Below are positions 1-11,628 of a DNA stretch of 34,833 nt, piece by piece. Within the stretch, counting starts at the first letter, position 1, and every line of letters begins with the position of its first letter. The DNA lies in assembly GCF_001194135.2 (NCBI RefSeq), contig NC_069008.1, positions 18,551,275 to 18,586,107 of the forward strand, read 5' to 3'. This stretch comes from Octopus bimaculoides. Its lineage: Eukaryota. The notes under the pieces are model-generated. The model made no database searches. It was not told the origin of the DNA and saw nothing but the letters and a program-made list of their open reading frames with translations. Both the position numbers and the translations under genes were made by a program.

Positions 1-242
1 CTCCATGTCAATGAAGGCCAAGTACAGAGGTTTATCCTTGGCTAGATATTTCTCCTGCAGCTGTCTCACTAGAAATATGGCATCAGTGGTGCTTTTACCT
101 GGCACGAACCCAAACTGCATCTCATCTAAATTGATTCGATCCCTAATTAGTTGGGCTATGACCCTCTCCGTAACTTTCATAACCTGATCTAACAGCTTGA
201 TGCCTCTGTAATTACTAGTATCTAAAGCGTCACCTTTACCTT

Positions 243-243
<1 letters not shown>
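1..243 (-). mobile_element. RTE-clade LINE reverse transcriptase fragment
   Basis: Minus-strand frame reads KGKGDALDTSNYRGIKLLDQVMKVTERVIAQLIRDRINLDEMQFGFVPGKSTTDAIFLVRQLQEKYLAKDKPLYLAFIDME, with the non-LTR RT motifs NYRGI.LL, QFGF..G.ST.DAIF and AF.D. Open to the window edge; ends at a (TA)n tract. Confidence 0.92.
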
Positions 244-273
<30 letters not shown>

Positions 274-419
274 CATACGTGTATATATATGTGTGTGTAT
301 GTGTATCTGTACATCAGTAAATCAAAAATCCAGAAAGAAGCACACTCTAAGTTATAGAGCAGTAGAGTATAAAGATAAATTTAGATACGACTGGTTTATG
401 GGTTATTCTAAGTTCGACA

Positions 420-469
420 TCCATAAAGTGCTTAGGTTTACAACATTGTAAAGCTAAGTGCTTTATGGA
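420..469 (+). repeat. Near-perfect inverted repeat (24-bp arms, 2-nt spacer)
   Basis: TCCATAAAGTGCTTAGGTTTACAA-CA-TTGTAAAGCTAAGTGCTTTATGGA: 21 Watson-Crick pairs, 2 G:T, 1 G:G. Confidence 0.9.
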
Positions 470-545
470 CGTGAAGCCTAGGGTGACACCATGAACCGGC
501 CATATCTCTCTTTATCTCTCTCTCTTCCTCTGTGTGTGTGCGTAT

Positions 546-587
<42 letters not shown>

Positions 588-597
588 NNNNNNNNNN

Positions 598-633
<36 letters not shown>

Positions 634-1829
634 ATATGTATATACCATATGTACCTCATGCTATTTGTACAGATATATAAATGCATAAAATAAAAATAAA
701 TATATATGTATGTGTGTATGTACTTTCTACATACCAATATATATATATACATACATCCATACATGCAGAAGAACACACATACACACACACACACACTCAC
801 ACACCTACAGACACACTCGCACACACACTGATGAGACACACAAACACATCCACCTGCATTGGCAGAATCTTTGCTATTGTCCCCCCCNNNNNNNNNNNNN
901 NNNNNNNNNNNNNNNNNNNNNNNNNNNNNNNNNNNNNNNNNNNNNNNNNNNNNNNNNNNNNNNNNNNNNNNNNNNNNNNNNNNNNNNNNNNNNNNNNNNN
1001 NNNNNNNNNNNNNNNNNNNNNNNNNNNNNNNNNNNNNNNNNNNNNNNNNNNNNNNNNNNNNNNNNNNNNNNNNNNNNNNNNNNNNNNNNNNNNNNNNNNN
1101 NNNNNNNNNNNNNNNNNNNNNNNNNNNNNNNNNNNNNNNNNNNNNNNNNNNNNNNNNNNNNNNNNNNNNNNNNNNNNNNNNNNNNNNNNNNNNNNNNNNN
1201 NNNNNNNNNNNNNNNNNNNNNNNNNNNNNNNNNNNNNNNNNNNNNNNNNNNNNNNNNNNNNNNNNNNNNNNNNNNNNNNNNNNNNNNNNNNNNNNNNNNN
1301 NNNNNNNNNNNNNNNNNNNNNNNNNNNNNNNNNNNNNNNNNNNNNNNNNNNNNNNNNNNNNNNNNNNNNNNNNNNNNNNNNNNNNNNNNNNNNNNNNNNN
1401 NNNNNNNNNNNNNNNNNNNNNNNNNNNNNNNNNNNNNNNNNNNNNNNNNNNNNNNNNNNNNNNNNNNNNNNNNNNNNNNNNNNNNNNNNNNNNNNNNNNN
1501 NNNNNNNNNNNNNNNNNNNNNNNNNNNNNNNNNNNNNNNNNNNNNNNNNNNNNNNNNNNNNNNNNNNNNNNNNNNNNNNNNNNNNNNNNNNNNNNNNNNN
1601 NNNNNNNNNNNNNNNNNNNNNNNNNNNNNNNNNNNNNNNNNNNNNNNNNNNNNNNNNNNNNNNNNNNNNNNNNNNNNNNNNTATATATATATACACACAC
1701 ATTGATCAGTCACACTAAACTGACCAGATATAGACAGACAGGCAATTTTTGGTTCACCTTTTCTAGAACCTCCCCAGCCTCCGAGTGAGCAGTGTCCTCT
1801 CCAAATGGAGCTGCTCAGACACCCATGCA

Positions 1830-1890
1830 GCAACTGAATCCTACCGCAATCATAAGTCAAATGCCCTAACCACTAAGCCATGTGCCTTCA
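1830..1890 (-). mobile_element. tRNA-derived SINE head fragment
   Basis: Minus strand reads GTGAAGGCACATGGCTTAGTGGTTAGGGC (A-box-like); same head at 6033-6061 and a diverged one at ~7630-7660. Confidence 0.6.
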
Positions 1891-1914
1891 CGAATAAAGT
1901 TTATGTAGACCTGA

Positions 1915-2030
1915 AAACATGGGATGGGTTGGTCAGAGGAGCAGACCTTGCTCACTATCTCTCAGTGTTGGTTTGGTTTCTACAGCTGGATGCTCTTCCT
2001 GTCACCAACCACTTTACAGAGTGTCCTGGG
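1915..2030 (-). mobile_element. Family A repeat (RTE 3'-tail/SINE), partial
   Basis: Contains GTTTCTACAGCTGGATGC..CCT....CAACCACTTTACAGAG, the reverse complement of the motif at 4641, 5201 and 28270. Confidence 0.75.
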
Positions 2031-2179
2031 GTGGATTTCATGGTAGCAGCACCACAGGAGAGGTTGTCATGTGATAAGTCACTAGTGTAAAGGATCTTCA
2101 TAACTGAGAGTGAAGCGATTGAAGGGGAGGGCAGAGTTTTCATCTTTCAAAAGGGTCAGTCCTTGAGGACACAAACCCT

Positions 2180-2340
2180 CTCCCTTTTCCCTTAAATCCT
2201 ACCTTACTGTCCTAAGAACAGATACATCAGTTAGTGTAAACCTAGATAGACTTATGCTTGAATAAAAGATGGGATGGTCATAGCTGGAACATCTTTGATC
2301 ATAGATCCATCTGGATCAGGACTGACCAGAGGCTAAACAT
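2180..2340 (+). mobile_element. Family E interspersed repeat fragment
   Basis: GATGGGATGGTCATAGCTGGAAC...ATCAGGACTGACC matches the reverse complement of 27680-27830. Confidence 0.6.
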
Positions 2341-3525
2341 CAAGGACTCCATTAACTAATGCGTCCTCCGGTATTTCACAGTCAGGTTTATTTTGAAGGA
2401 CATTTTGCTTCTATTTCTAGCATGTCCAATGGTCGTAGGAGCTCCTACATGTGGTGTTTGTGATCAGATGACCAGGATGTGTGCGAGGTGGGTGGTGTGT
2501 GTGGTTATCCATAAGTGTGTGTATACATGTGGTGATACACTGGTGTGTAAAATGTGTGTGTGTGTGTGTGTGTGCGCACTTTCACACCGGCACAGAAGTA
2601 TGTCCTCATTGTGTCCGTGTTGCTTGTCTGTCACTTCACTTCTGTTGCTCTGCCATATCCACCATTTCTACAACTACATCACAGCCATTGTGTCATCACC
2701 GTCATCACAACTACTCCACCATCACTGCTGTTCCCCCCCCCTCCGCTATCACCACCACCATCATATGACCTCCCCCTCCCCCATAACATTTTCATCATAC
2801 TACNNNNNNNNNNNNNNNNNNNNNNNNNNNNNNNNNNNNNNNNNNNNNNNNNNNNNNNNNNNNNNNNNNNNNNNNNNNNNNNNNNNNNNNNNNNNNNNNN
2901 NNNNNNNNNNNNNNNNNNNNNNNNNNNNNNNNNNNNNNNNNNNNNNNNNNNNNNNNNNNNNNNNNNNNNNNNNNNNNNNNNNNNNNNNNNNNNNNNNNNN
3001 NNNNNNNNNNNNNNNNNNNNNNNNNNNNNNNNNNNNNNNNNNNNNNNNNNNNNNNNNNNNNNNNNNNNNNNNNNNNNNNNNNNNNNNNNNNNNNNNNNNN
3101 NNNNNNNNNNNNNNNNNNNNNNNNNNNNNNNNNNNNNNNNNNNNNNNNNNNNNNNNNNNNNNNNNNNNNNNNNNNNNNNNNNNNNNNNNNNNNNNNNNNN
3201 NNNNNNNNNNNNNNNNNNNNNNNNNNNNNNNNNNNNNNNNNNNNNNNNNNNNNNNNNNNNNNNNNNNNNNNNNNNNNNNNNNNNNNNNNNNNNNNNNNNN
3301 NNNNNNNNNNNNNNNNNNNNNNNNNNNNNNNNNNNNNNNNNNNNNNNNNNNNNNNNNNNNNNNNNNNNNNNNNNNNNNNNNNNNNNNNNNNNNNNNNNNN
3401 NNNNNNNNNNNNNNNNNNNNNNNNNNNNNNNNNNNNNNNNNNNNNNNNNNNNNNNNNNNNNNNNNNNNNNNNNNNNNNNNNNNNNNNNNNNNNNNNNNNN
3501 NNNNNNNNNNNNNNNNNNNNNNNNN

Positions 3526-3563
<38 letters not shown>

Positions 3564-3771
3564 CTATATATGTGTATGTATATAAGTAGTTAACACTGAA
3601 TGCAATTGTATGCATTCAAACAACGGACATTGACTGAAAAATGGACTCAATACAAGTGTACAGTGTAATACTGATAGCAACTTTGAAGTTTCCACTTGAT
3701 ATATGACCTGGTCACTCCCCCCGCCAAGAGTTTGTGTGTGTGTGTGCATATATATATATATTTATATAATT

Positions 3772-3817
<46 letters not shown>

Positions 3818-3903
3818 TGTGCTTATTTTTGGTAGTTTTGACTTATTTAGTCCCTCTAAGCGTGAGGCATTATTATATAGTAATGCCCTTATATAAATGC
3901 CCT

Positions 3904-3961
<58 letters not shown>

Positions 3962-4164
3962 TATATCTTTATATACATATATACACACATGTGTGTGCAT
4001 ACATATATTTATATTCTTAAGTATATAATTATAAAAATATAATTGTAATTAAGGTCGCTGGAATGCCAACGCCTATTCACTAGAACTAGATGTGAAATAT
4101 CTACAAGCCACTCTAAATTTATGAATAAGTATAAATATATATATATATATATATAAACTAAAGT

Positions 4165-4415
4165 CTTGGGCCAACCAAAGCCTGGTGAGTCGATTTGGTA
4201 GACGGAAACTGAAAGAAGCCGTCTATGTTTGTCCCTCCAACATCACTTGACAACCGATTCTAGTGTGTTTACGTCCCCATCACTTAGCAGTTTGGCAAAA
4301 GTGACCAATCGGATAAGTACTAGGCTTACAAAGAATAAGTCCTGGGGTCGATTTGCTCGACTAAAAGCGGTGCTCCAGCATGGCCGTAATCAAATGACTG
4401 AAATAAGTAAAAGAG
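4165..4415 (+). mobile_element. Family C SINE-like element
   Basis: GATTTGGTAGACGGAAACTGAAAGAAGCC...CCAGCATGGCCG..TGACTGAAA; related copies at 7100-7290 (-), 26078-26415, 26900-26945 and 31068-31260. Confidence 0.75.
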
Positions 4416-4529
4416 TATATATTGCGGTTTATTATTTTAAGCTTACATCGATTCCTCTGTGGTGTTGTTTTGAATTTATAATAAAATAAATATATACAAA
4501 TTATAAAAAAATGAAAAAATATACAGTTC

Positions 4530-4610
4530 AGTACTGTTTCTACTTCACAGATTTTCACCTATCGCAGGGGGTTTTGGAATGTGACACCTGCGATAATCGA
4601 GGGATTACTG
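4530..4610 (-). mobile_element. pogo/Tigger-like DNA transposon end
   Basis: Minus strand reads TA|CAGTAATCCCTCGATTATCGCAGGTGTCACATTCCAAAACCCC, resembling Tigger-type terminal repeats, flanked by TA. Family assignment from memory. Confidence 0.55.
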
Positions 4611-4640
4611 TATGTATATATATATATATATATATATATA

Positions 4641-4790
4641 GTGGTTGGCGTTAGGAAGGGCATCCAGCTGTAGAAACTCTGCCAAATCAGACTGGAGCCT
4701 GGTGTTGCCATCCGGTTTCACCAGTCCTCAGTCAAATCGTCCAACCCATGCTAGCATGGAAAGCGGACGTTAAACGATGATGATGATGAT
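4641..4790 (+). mobile_element. Family A repeat with (GAT)n tail
   Basis: GTGGTTGGCGTTAGGAAGGGCATCCAGCTGTAGAAAC...CATGCTAGCATGGAAAGCGGACGTTAAAC(GAT)n. Confidence 0.85.
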
Positions 4791-5200
4791 ATATATATAT
4801 NNNNNNNNNNNNNNNNNNNNNNNNNNNNNNNNNNNNNNNNNNNNNNNNNNNNNNNNNNNNNNNNNNNNNNNNNNNNNNNNNNNNNNNNNNNNNNNNNNNN
4901 NNNNNNNNNNNNNNNNNNNNNNNNNNNNNNNNNNNNNNNNNNNNNNNNNNNNNNNNNNNNNNNNNNNNNNNNNNNNNNNNNNNNNNNNNNNNNNNNNNNN
5001 NNNNNNNNNNNNNNNNNNNNNNNNNNNNNNNNNNNNNNNNNNNNNNNNNNNNNNNNNNNNNNNNNNNNNNNNNNNNNNNNNNNNNNNNNNNNNNNNNNNN
5101 NNNNNNNNNNNNNNNNNNNNNNNNNNNNNNNNNNNNNNNNNNNNNNNNNNNNNNNNNNNNNNNNNNNNNNNNNNNNNNNNNNNNNNNNNNNNNNNNNNNN

Positions 5201-5368
5201 NATACACTCTGCTGCGTGGTTGGTGTTAGGAAGGGCATCCAGCTATAAACATCTTGCCAAAACAGTCACTGAAGTCAGGTGCAGGCTTTGACTTGACCGG
5301 CTCTTGTGGTACCATCCCACCCATGCTAGCATAGAACACGGACGTTAAATGATGATGATGAGGATGAT
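5201..5368 (+). mobile_element. Family A repeat with (GAT)n tail
   Basis: Same two conserved blocks and tail as 4641-4790. Confidence 0.8.
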
Positions 5369-5370
5369 AA

Positions 5371-5401
<31 letters not shown>

Positions 5402-5557
5402 ATAAATGGAAAAATACACATTAAGAACAGGACATCACTAACAAGTGAAAAATACCTAAACACACGAGAAATAACTACGGGACAAAATGCCGAAAGATGT
5501 CAAGGACAAAATACTGTCAACAGTAAGTTCTTACACACACGCACACACACACACACA

Positions 5558-5975
5558 CAGAGGGTGTTTGGACAAAATATTTGACAGTTTACTTAAAAAG
5601 ACAGGAAAAAAATAAAAGTATTTTAAAAGATGAAAAATATCGTCTAGATGATGGCCGGGGGATAGCCTTTGCCTCCATCATGGTCTGACGACAACTTTGG
5701 AAGCTGGCACATGCGTTCCTGATTGTGTCCTTGGGAAGGTCTTTGAACGTCTCCTTTGTCTTGGTTGTCAGCTCATCCTTGATGTTGCAGGCAGCGCAGT
5801 TAGAGCCCGTCTCAACCGCACCCCACACATAGTAATCCATGGGATTAGAATCAGGAGAATTAGGGGGCCAGACATTGGGGCTGAAATTGCAGAAATGCTC
5901 TGACTACCACTTCTAACTCTTTCTGGGGCTATGAAAGGGAGCCCGTCCTGTTGCAAGACATATGACCTCCAGGCA
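5558..5975 (-). mobile_element. Tc1/mariner (DD37D, maT-like) transposase 3' fragment, decayed
   Basis: Minus strand gives QQD...SPNVWPPNSPDSNPMDYYVWGAVE across frameshifts; TIR-like end CAGAGGGTGTT at 5558. Confidence 0.85.
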
Positions 5976-6076
5976 ATAACCCTCTAAGGGGCAAGGTTTG
6001 ACAACTGTCTCCTACATCCATCTGAGTCCGGTGCTCTAACCACTGAGCCATGCACCTTCACAAAACAACAATACGC

Positions 6077-6147
6077 TGCACTGGCCGGGACTCGAACTCA
6101 GGCCGTCTGCATGGCAGGCAAGCATTCTATCACTGAACCGCTAATGC
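6077..6147 (-). pseudogene. tRNA-Gly(GCC) pseudogene
   Basis: 71 nt, GCATTAGCGGTTCAGTGATAGAATGCTTGCCTGCCATGCAGACGGCCTGAGTTCGAGTCCCGGCCAGTGCA; colinear with eukaryotic tRNA-Gly-GCC. Mismatches in the acceptor, anticodon and T stems, T8>C, and D-loop GG>GA. Confidence 0.85.
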
Positions 6148-6150
6148 TCG

Positions 6151-6221
<71 letters not shown>

Positions 6222-6569
6222 CTTTTGTCTGTTTGTCTCTCTAATGAACACGGACACACACACACACACATATATATAGTAGCTGCTATAAACACCACTA
6301 TCACCTGCCACAGTCATCAACACCACCATCTTCATTGCTATTGCTACTGACAACACTACAATTACCACCACTAACCAGCTATACCATTGTCTCTACTACT
6401 CCCCCCCCCATAACACCTTCACCCTTTCTCTATCTTCTCTAGAAGCAGAGACAATTTCAATAACTCAATTTATGTTGTATGGTATTTAATATATCTTTAT
6501 TTAACTTTGTTGTTCAAATACATCACACACTGGACAATGTCTCTCTCTCTCATCTCACATTCGTTTCAT

Positions 6570-6612
<43 letters not shown>

Positions 6613-7031
6613 TCTGCTTGTGTGTGTATGTATTCACACACACACACACACACTCATAAAGATGTGTGTGTGTGTGTGCTGGAACAGCTTTGTCCGAGCT
6701 GTGCCACAATAGAAAACAGATGCAAAATATTGTTGTTGGAGGGAAGGTGGAGGTGGTGGTGGTGGTGGTGGTGATATTTACTCTGTTGTATTAAAAGATC
6801 AACCTTTTAAATAAAGGTCAGTCTTCATATTGATACAATAGTATTGTTGTCATGGTGACAATGCCATCACCACACCACCACCACCACCACCATCACCACT
6901 ACCACCACCACCACACTGTCGTAACACTATGTTGTTGCTAATGTCGCAGTATAGAAGCTGTGTGGTGTCAATGTACCAATGGTGTGTACTACAGAAGCCC
7001 TGCTCTTTTCAGTATTGCAAAAGTACATGAT

Positions 7032-7072
<41 letters not shown>

Positions 7073-7099
7073 GAAAGATCTTTTATCCTTTACCTCTTA

Positions 7100-7290
7100 C
7101 TAGCTTCATTCATTAGACTGCGGCCATGCTGGGGCACCACCTTCAAGAAGTTTTAGTCGAATGAATTGACTCCAGTACTTTTTTTCTTAAAGCTTGGCAC
7201 TTATTCTGTTGATCTCTTTTGCTGAACTGCTAGGTTATGGGGATTTAAACACACCAACATCGGTCATCAAGTGGTGGTTGGGGGACAAGC
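7100..7290 (-). mobile_element. Family C SINE-like element 3' half
   Basis: GACTGCGGCCATGCTGGGGCACC...AGTCGA...CCAGTACT is the reverse complement of the 4300-4410 region. Confidence 0.7.
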
Positions 7291-7349
7291 ACAGACACAC
7301 ACACACACACACACTCACATATTTACATATACATAAAAAAAACCCCAGA

Positions 7350-7660
7350 AAAACTGGCACTCGGTTGGTTATGAGGACAGCGAGGGTTCCAGTTGGTTCA
7401 ATCCACAGAACAGCCTGCTTGTGAAATTAACATGCAAGTGGCTGAGCCACATGTACCCTTAATGGAGTTCTCAGGGAGATTCAATATGGCACAGAATGTG
7501 ACAAGGTTGACCCTTGTGAATTACAGGTACAACTCATTTTTGCCAGCTGAGTGAACTGGAGCAACATGAAATAGAGTGTCTTGCTCAAGGATGCAATGTC
7601 TGCTGGGAATCGAACACATGATCTTGTGATCATCAGCTGAATACCTTAAGTGCTAAGTTA
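7350..7660 (-). mobile_element. tRNA-derived SINE, near full length (family D)
   Basis: Minus strand begins TGTGAAGGC, has a B-box-like GTTCGATTCC, then CCTTGAGCAAGACACT and CTCCAGTTCACTCAGCTGGCAAAAATGAGT central-domain-like motifs. Confidence 0.7.
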
Positions 7661-7678
7661 AATGCCTTCACACATACA

Positions 7679-7710
<32 letters not shown>

Positions 7711-8150
7711 ACTATTGTATTATTTCAGTTGTGTGGCCATCCATGCTAACCATTGACTGTTCCACTGCCTGGGACAGTGTGTTGCTTTCTCTATCATTGC
7801 TCCAGTGTGGCCTTCACTGTCAAGAAACCACACCATCCAGGAAGAGGAGAAACAGTGAGAACCTAATAAGAGATGTGTGTTTCATTAGTTTACTGTTCTT
7901 GGTTCAAATTCTGCCAGTTTTTTGCCGAAATGGTGGTGGTTGGATATTTTCTGTTGCTTCACCCAAAATGACAAAAGGAAGGCAAGGTTGATCTGAGAAA
8001 CTCAGAACATAAAAGAATTAAATATTGCAAAAGATATTGTCTCACCAATCTGTTCCCCCCCCCCTTACACATACATGCTACACACACACACTCATGTGTA
8101 TATATGTTGTGAGAAGGAGGTGAAGATAGATGGATGACACACAGAAGGTA

Positions 8151-8655
8151 TTCAGGCTAAATTCGACACTTTGCATAAATGGAAAACAAAACACATTATT
8201 CCATCCAAAAATAAAAAGTATTTTTTAAAAAATCAAAAATCATTCACCAGATTATGGCTGGGAGAGATAACTGTTTACTCCTACTAATCCCCCTCATCTT
8301 CCACCCTGGCCTGAAAACGGCTCTGGAATCTGGTGCATGCATTTCCTTACTTTCTGGAAAGATCTTCCAAGACTTCCTTCGTCTTGGCCATCAGTGATGC
8401 TTTGGTGTTACAGGCAGAACCGTTGGTGTCTTTCTCAACCATGCTCCATAGATTGTAATCCATGGGATTGCAATTATGAGAATTAGGGGGCCAAACGTTG
8501 GGGGTTGGTGAAGTTGCAGAAATTCTCCAACTATCACTCCTGGCTTTTTCCAGAAGTATGGCAGGGAGCGAAATCCTTCTGCCACACATATGGCCTTCCA
8601 GCAGCAACCCTCTCCAACCAGGGATTAACCAATGTCTCCAGCAGCTTCATGGGAA
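8151..8655 (-). mobile_element. Second DD37D (maT-like) transposase 3' fragment, decayed
   Basis: Reconstructed MKLLETLVNPWLERVAAGRPYVWQKD..PCHTSGKSQE**LENFCNFT.PNVWPPNSHNCNPMDYNLW; 37 residues between the two Asp after correcting one frameshift; stops present. Confidence 0.85.
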
Positions 8656-8669
8656 AGCTGAGAGAATAG

Positions 8670-8935
8670 ACTCTGTATATAGCAGATGCACAGAAGCAAT
8701 GAGCACTATTGACGTATGTGAAACAGATTTTTTTTCAGATGCCCAGGAGGACCCTTAGAGGTAGTAAATAGCTTCTGTTACTCAGGAGACTTAATTAACT
8801 CTGGAAGAGAGGTGTTGTAAGTATAAGAATTGCTGCAAAAAGAATAGGACGGAGACAGTTCAGAGAGCCGTTACCTCTGTTGGGAACAAAAGGCTTCTCT
8901 CAGAGTGAAAGGCAGATTATATGACGCGTGTGAAG
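8670..8935 (+). mobile_element. RTE-type LINE ORF fragment (late RT region), decayed
   Basis: Across frameshifts reads RCTEAMSTIDVCETDF..C.GGPLEVVNSFCYSGD...FREPLPLLGTKGFS.RVKGRLYDAC. Confidence 0.75.
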
Positions 8936-9920
8936 AAGACAAAGTGTGCAACACATTGATTTGGTTTCATCCAGAAGCTGCTCAGACTATCACAATCGAG
9001 GTCTCTTGTGCTGAGGAAAGGGCAAGTGGTGGAAAAGTTTCACTTCAACTTGTTTGACATTGCTATTCCAACTTTGCTAGAAGAACCAGGCAAGTGCTTC
9101 NNNNNNNNNNNNNNNNGGGGGGGGGGGAAGAAAACTGGTTTATTCAGGTGAACAAATCTGGATTGCTCAGCTGCCTCAAACCTTGGCCATCCTGTTCAGA
9201 TTTTGTGGCCCCAGGTTATTATATGAGGTTAGCATGTCAACTATGGAAACTGTGGAGAAGATCAGCAGTTGAGGCGGTGGCTTAGCAATGAACCTAAACA
9301 GCATCATTATTTATAGGTGAACCAACTATTCAGTTGCCTTTCCTGGGAGTTTGTAGTGTCAAGAACAAGAGAAGCCATGACATACAGAGACACAAAAGTG
9401 ACAGGAGATGGCTTTGAAGATAAAGGCTCCACACCCCACGATGATGCCCAGAAACACTGTCATTGCCGTCTCCACCCCTGCCAACCAATTCTATTCCCCC
9501 ATTATTTTCCTCCTCCTCCCTAACCCTAACCTTTGCATACCTTCTCATTTCTCTGTGTTTTTCTTCATCAATAACAACTCCCTTGTTATCACCTGCAATG
9601 GCCCCTCACATATCTACTGCAGTCCCTGCCTCTCAGCCCCTCCTATATTACACTCCATCACTTGCTACTCTCACCTCTTTCCAACCCATCTCTCTCACCT
9701 CTGCCAGTGTCCCTCGAAGGCATGTCTCCACGCATCTTTGCCACCACCTCACATCTTACTCTCTAACCCACTCTCTCTCTTTTTCCAACTGGGATATCCA
9801 CGTATCTCCTCCGACAGCAACACACCTGTCCTCGCACCCACCATCTCTCAACTGACATAAAGCCGCCTCAATACTTCTCTTGCAAATTGCTTGGTGACCT
9901 TGTTGGTGATGAAACCACGC

Positions 9921-10075
9921 AAGAAGCACCCAGTAGTCTCTTTCTGAAGTGGTTGGCGTTAGGAAAGGCATCCGGCCGCAGAACCGTGCCAAAACAATGG
10001 AACCTGGTGCAGTTGCTGTCAAACCGTCCGGCCCATGCTAACATGGGAAACAAGCGTTAAATGATGACGATGATA
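9921..10075 (+). mobile_element. Family A repeat
   Basis: AAGCACCCAGT...GTGGTTGGCGTTAGGAAAGGCATCC...CCCATGCTAACATGG...GTTAAATGATGACGATGAT. Confidence 0.8.
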
Positions 10076-10339
10076 TATCTATCCATCCATCTCTCTCTCT
10101 CTCTCTCTCTCTNNNNNNNNNNATATATATATGTGTGTATACATACCGCCACACACACACACACATGTGTGTGTGTGTGTATATATATATTTATATTTAT
10201 TTATCGACAGTTGTGTGTAATTATATATATATATGTATATAAAATATTTCGTTGGACCACATTCCAGTCACATTTCAGCAGAAAAGGAGCTGTGCGTGTG
10301 CGTGTGCGTTCGTGTGTACGTATTACATTATATTATACG

Positions 10340-10580
10340 ATATTATATATTCTTCTTTCGACTCCCCAACCATTTCTTCTCTCGGCATCTCTCAGGCTGT
10401 TGCTGCTGCCATTACAACACATTGCCTTCCTCCCCCTCTCCCTCTTACTGCTCCTTTTGCCACTCTCTTTACATCTCGCCTCTCTTTCTTCACCCTCCTC
10501 TCTCAATGTCTCCTTACCTCTCTACATTTCAGTTTTCTAGTCTACCGTCTACTACGTTTCTTTCGTCCTCTCTGCAACTT

Positions 10581-10611
<31 letters not shown>

Positions 10612-10965
10612 TGACCTCTCTTTATGTCTTTGCCTTTCCTTCCACACAATCAATTCTGACTACTCATGTTCCTCCTCTTTTCCCTCCCTTTACAATCTAA
10701 CCGTTTTCCCCACTCCCTCACACTATCTCTCCCTTATTTACTTCCTTTCTTTTTACCTTCTACTCTCTATTATTTTCGCATACCCTCCCACTACTTCCTT
10801 CACTTGCTACTATGTTTTCCTCTCTGTTTACTCATACTTTTTGTCTCTTCCTTCCTCGTATTCAAATTCTTACTCTCTCTTTCCTCCCCCCTCTTTTACA
10901 TTCCTTTACTTTCTTTTCCTTCCTCCCCTTCCCATTCTGCCGTTCCTCTCACTCTTCCTCATTCT
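10340..10965 (+). repeat. Pyrimidine-rich low-complexity tract
   Basis: About 620 nt dominated by C/T, with (CT)n runs. Confidence 0.85.
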
Positions 10966-11628
10966 TCCGCTGTTGCGGAACTACACACATCGAAGCACTG
11001 CTTTCAACATTATATAATAGTCCGTGCGCCAAATTAATCCGGTTGCCCACTTACATTTTTGACCCTTTATCGATCATACGGAATCAAACTTTTCCACTCT
11101 GAAATCTTTTTCAAAGCAGCAAAGAGATCTGCTCCCGTGTTGGGGTTTCAGTTCGGCCCCTAAACCACTTATTTATGCTCCCGTTGTGTATGTGTGTGTG
11201 TGTGTGTGTGAGTGAGTGTGTATGTGTAGCGGATGACTACATAATGTATCAGTGATGTTGTGAGTCCCGTGCCAGAACCTCCCGGACTTTATTTACCTCA
11301 AACACCACCAACATTATTATTGTTGTTGTTGTTACAGTTGTTGTTGTTATTGTGGTGGTCGTTGTTGGAGCGATCAACACATTAAAGCCACAGGCTCACC
11401 TCACTACATCTCCACACACACACAGCTCTGTGTGTGTGTGTGTGTATGTTTCTACCAAGGACTCTTACCGCCTCAACCACCACCAATTCTACCATCACCA
11501 CCACCACGGCTCGCTGATCGATTCCCTTGGAACATCGACCCCCCTTTTTTTTTTTGACCTGTTTTGGTCTCTTTATCTGACCCCTTACTTCTGGCTATTT
11601 TACACGGGACCACCAGCAGGCGCCGGCC
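10960..11628 (+). promoter_or_regulatory. Putative promoter / 5'UTR region of PKA-C
   Basis: Visibly CpG-enriched, TE-free sequence upstream of the ATG. No ATG in ~11450-11628; Kozak-like CCGGCCATGG. TSS cannot be located. Confidence 0.5.
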
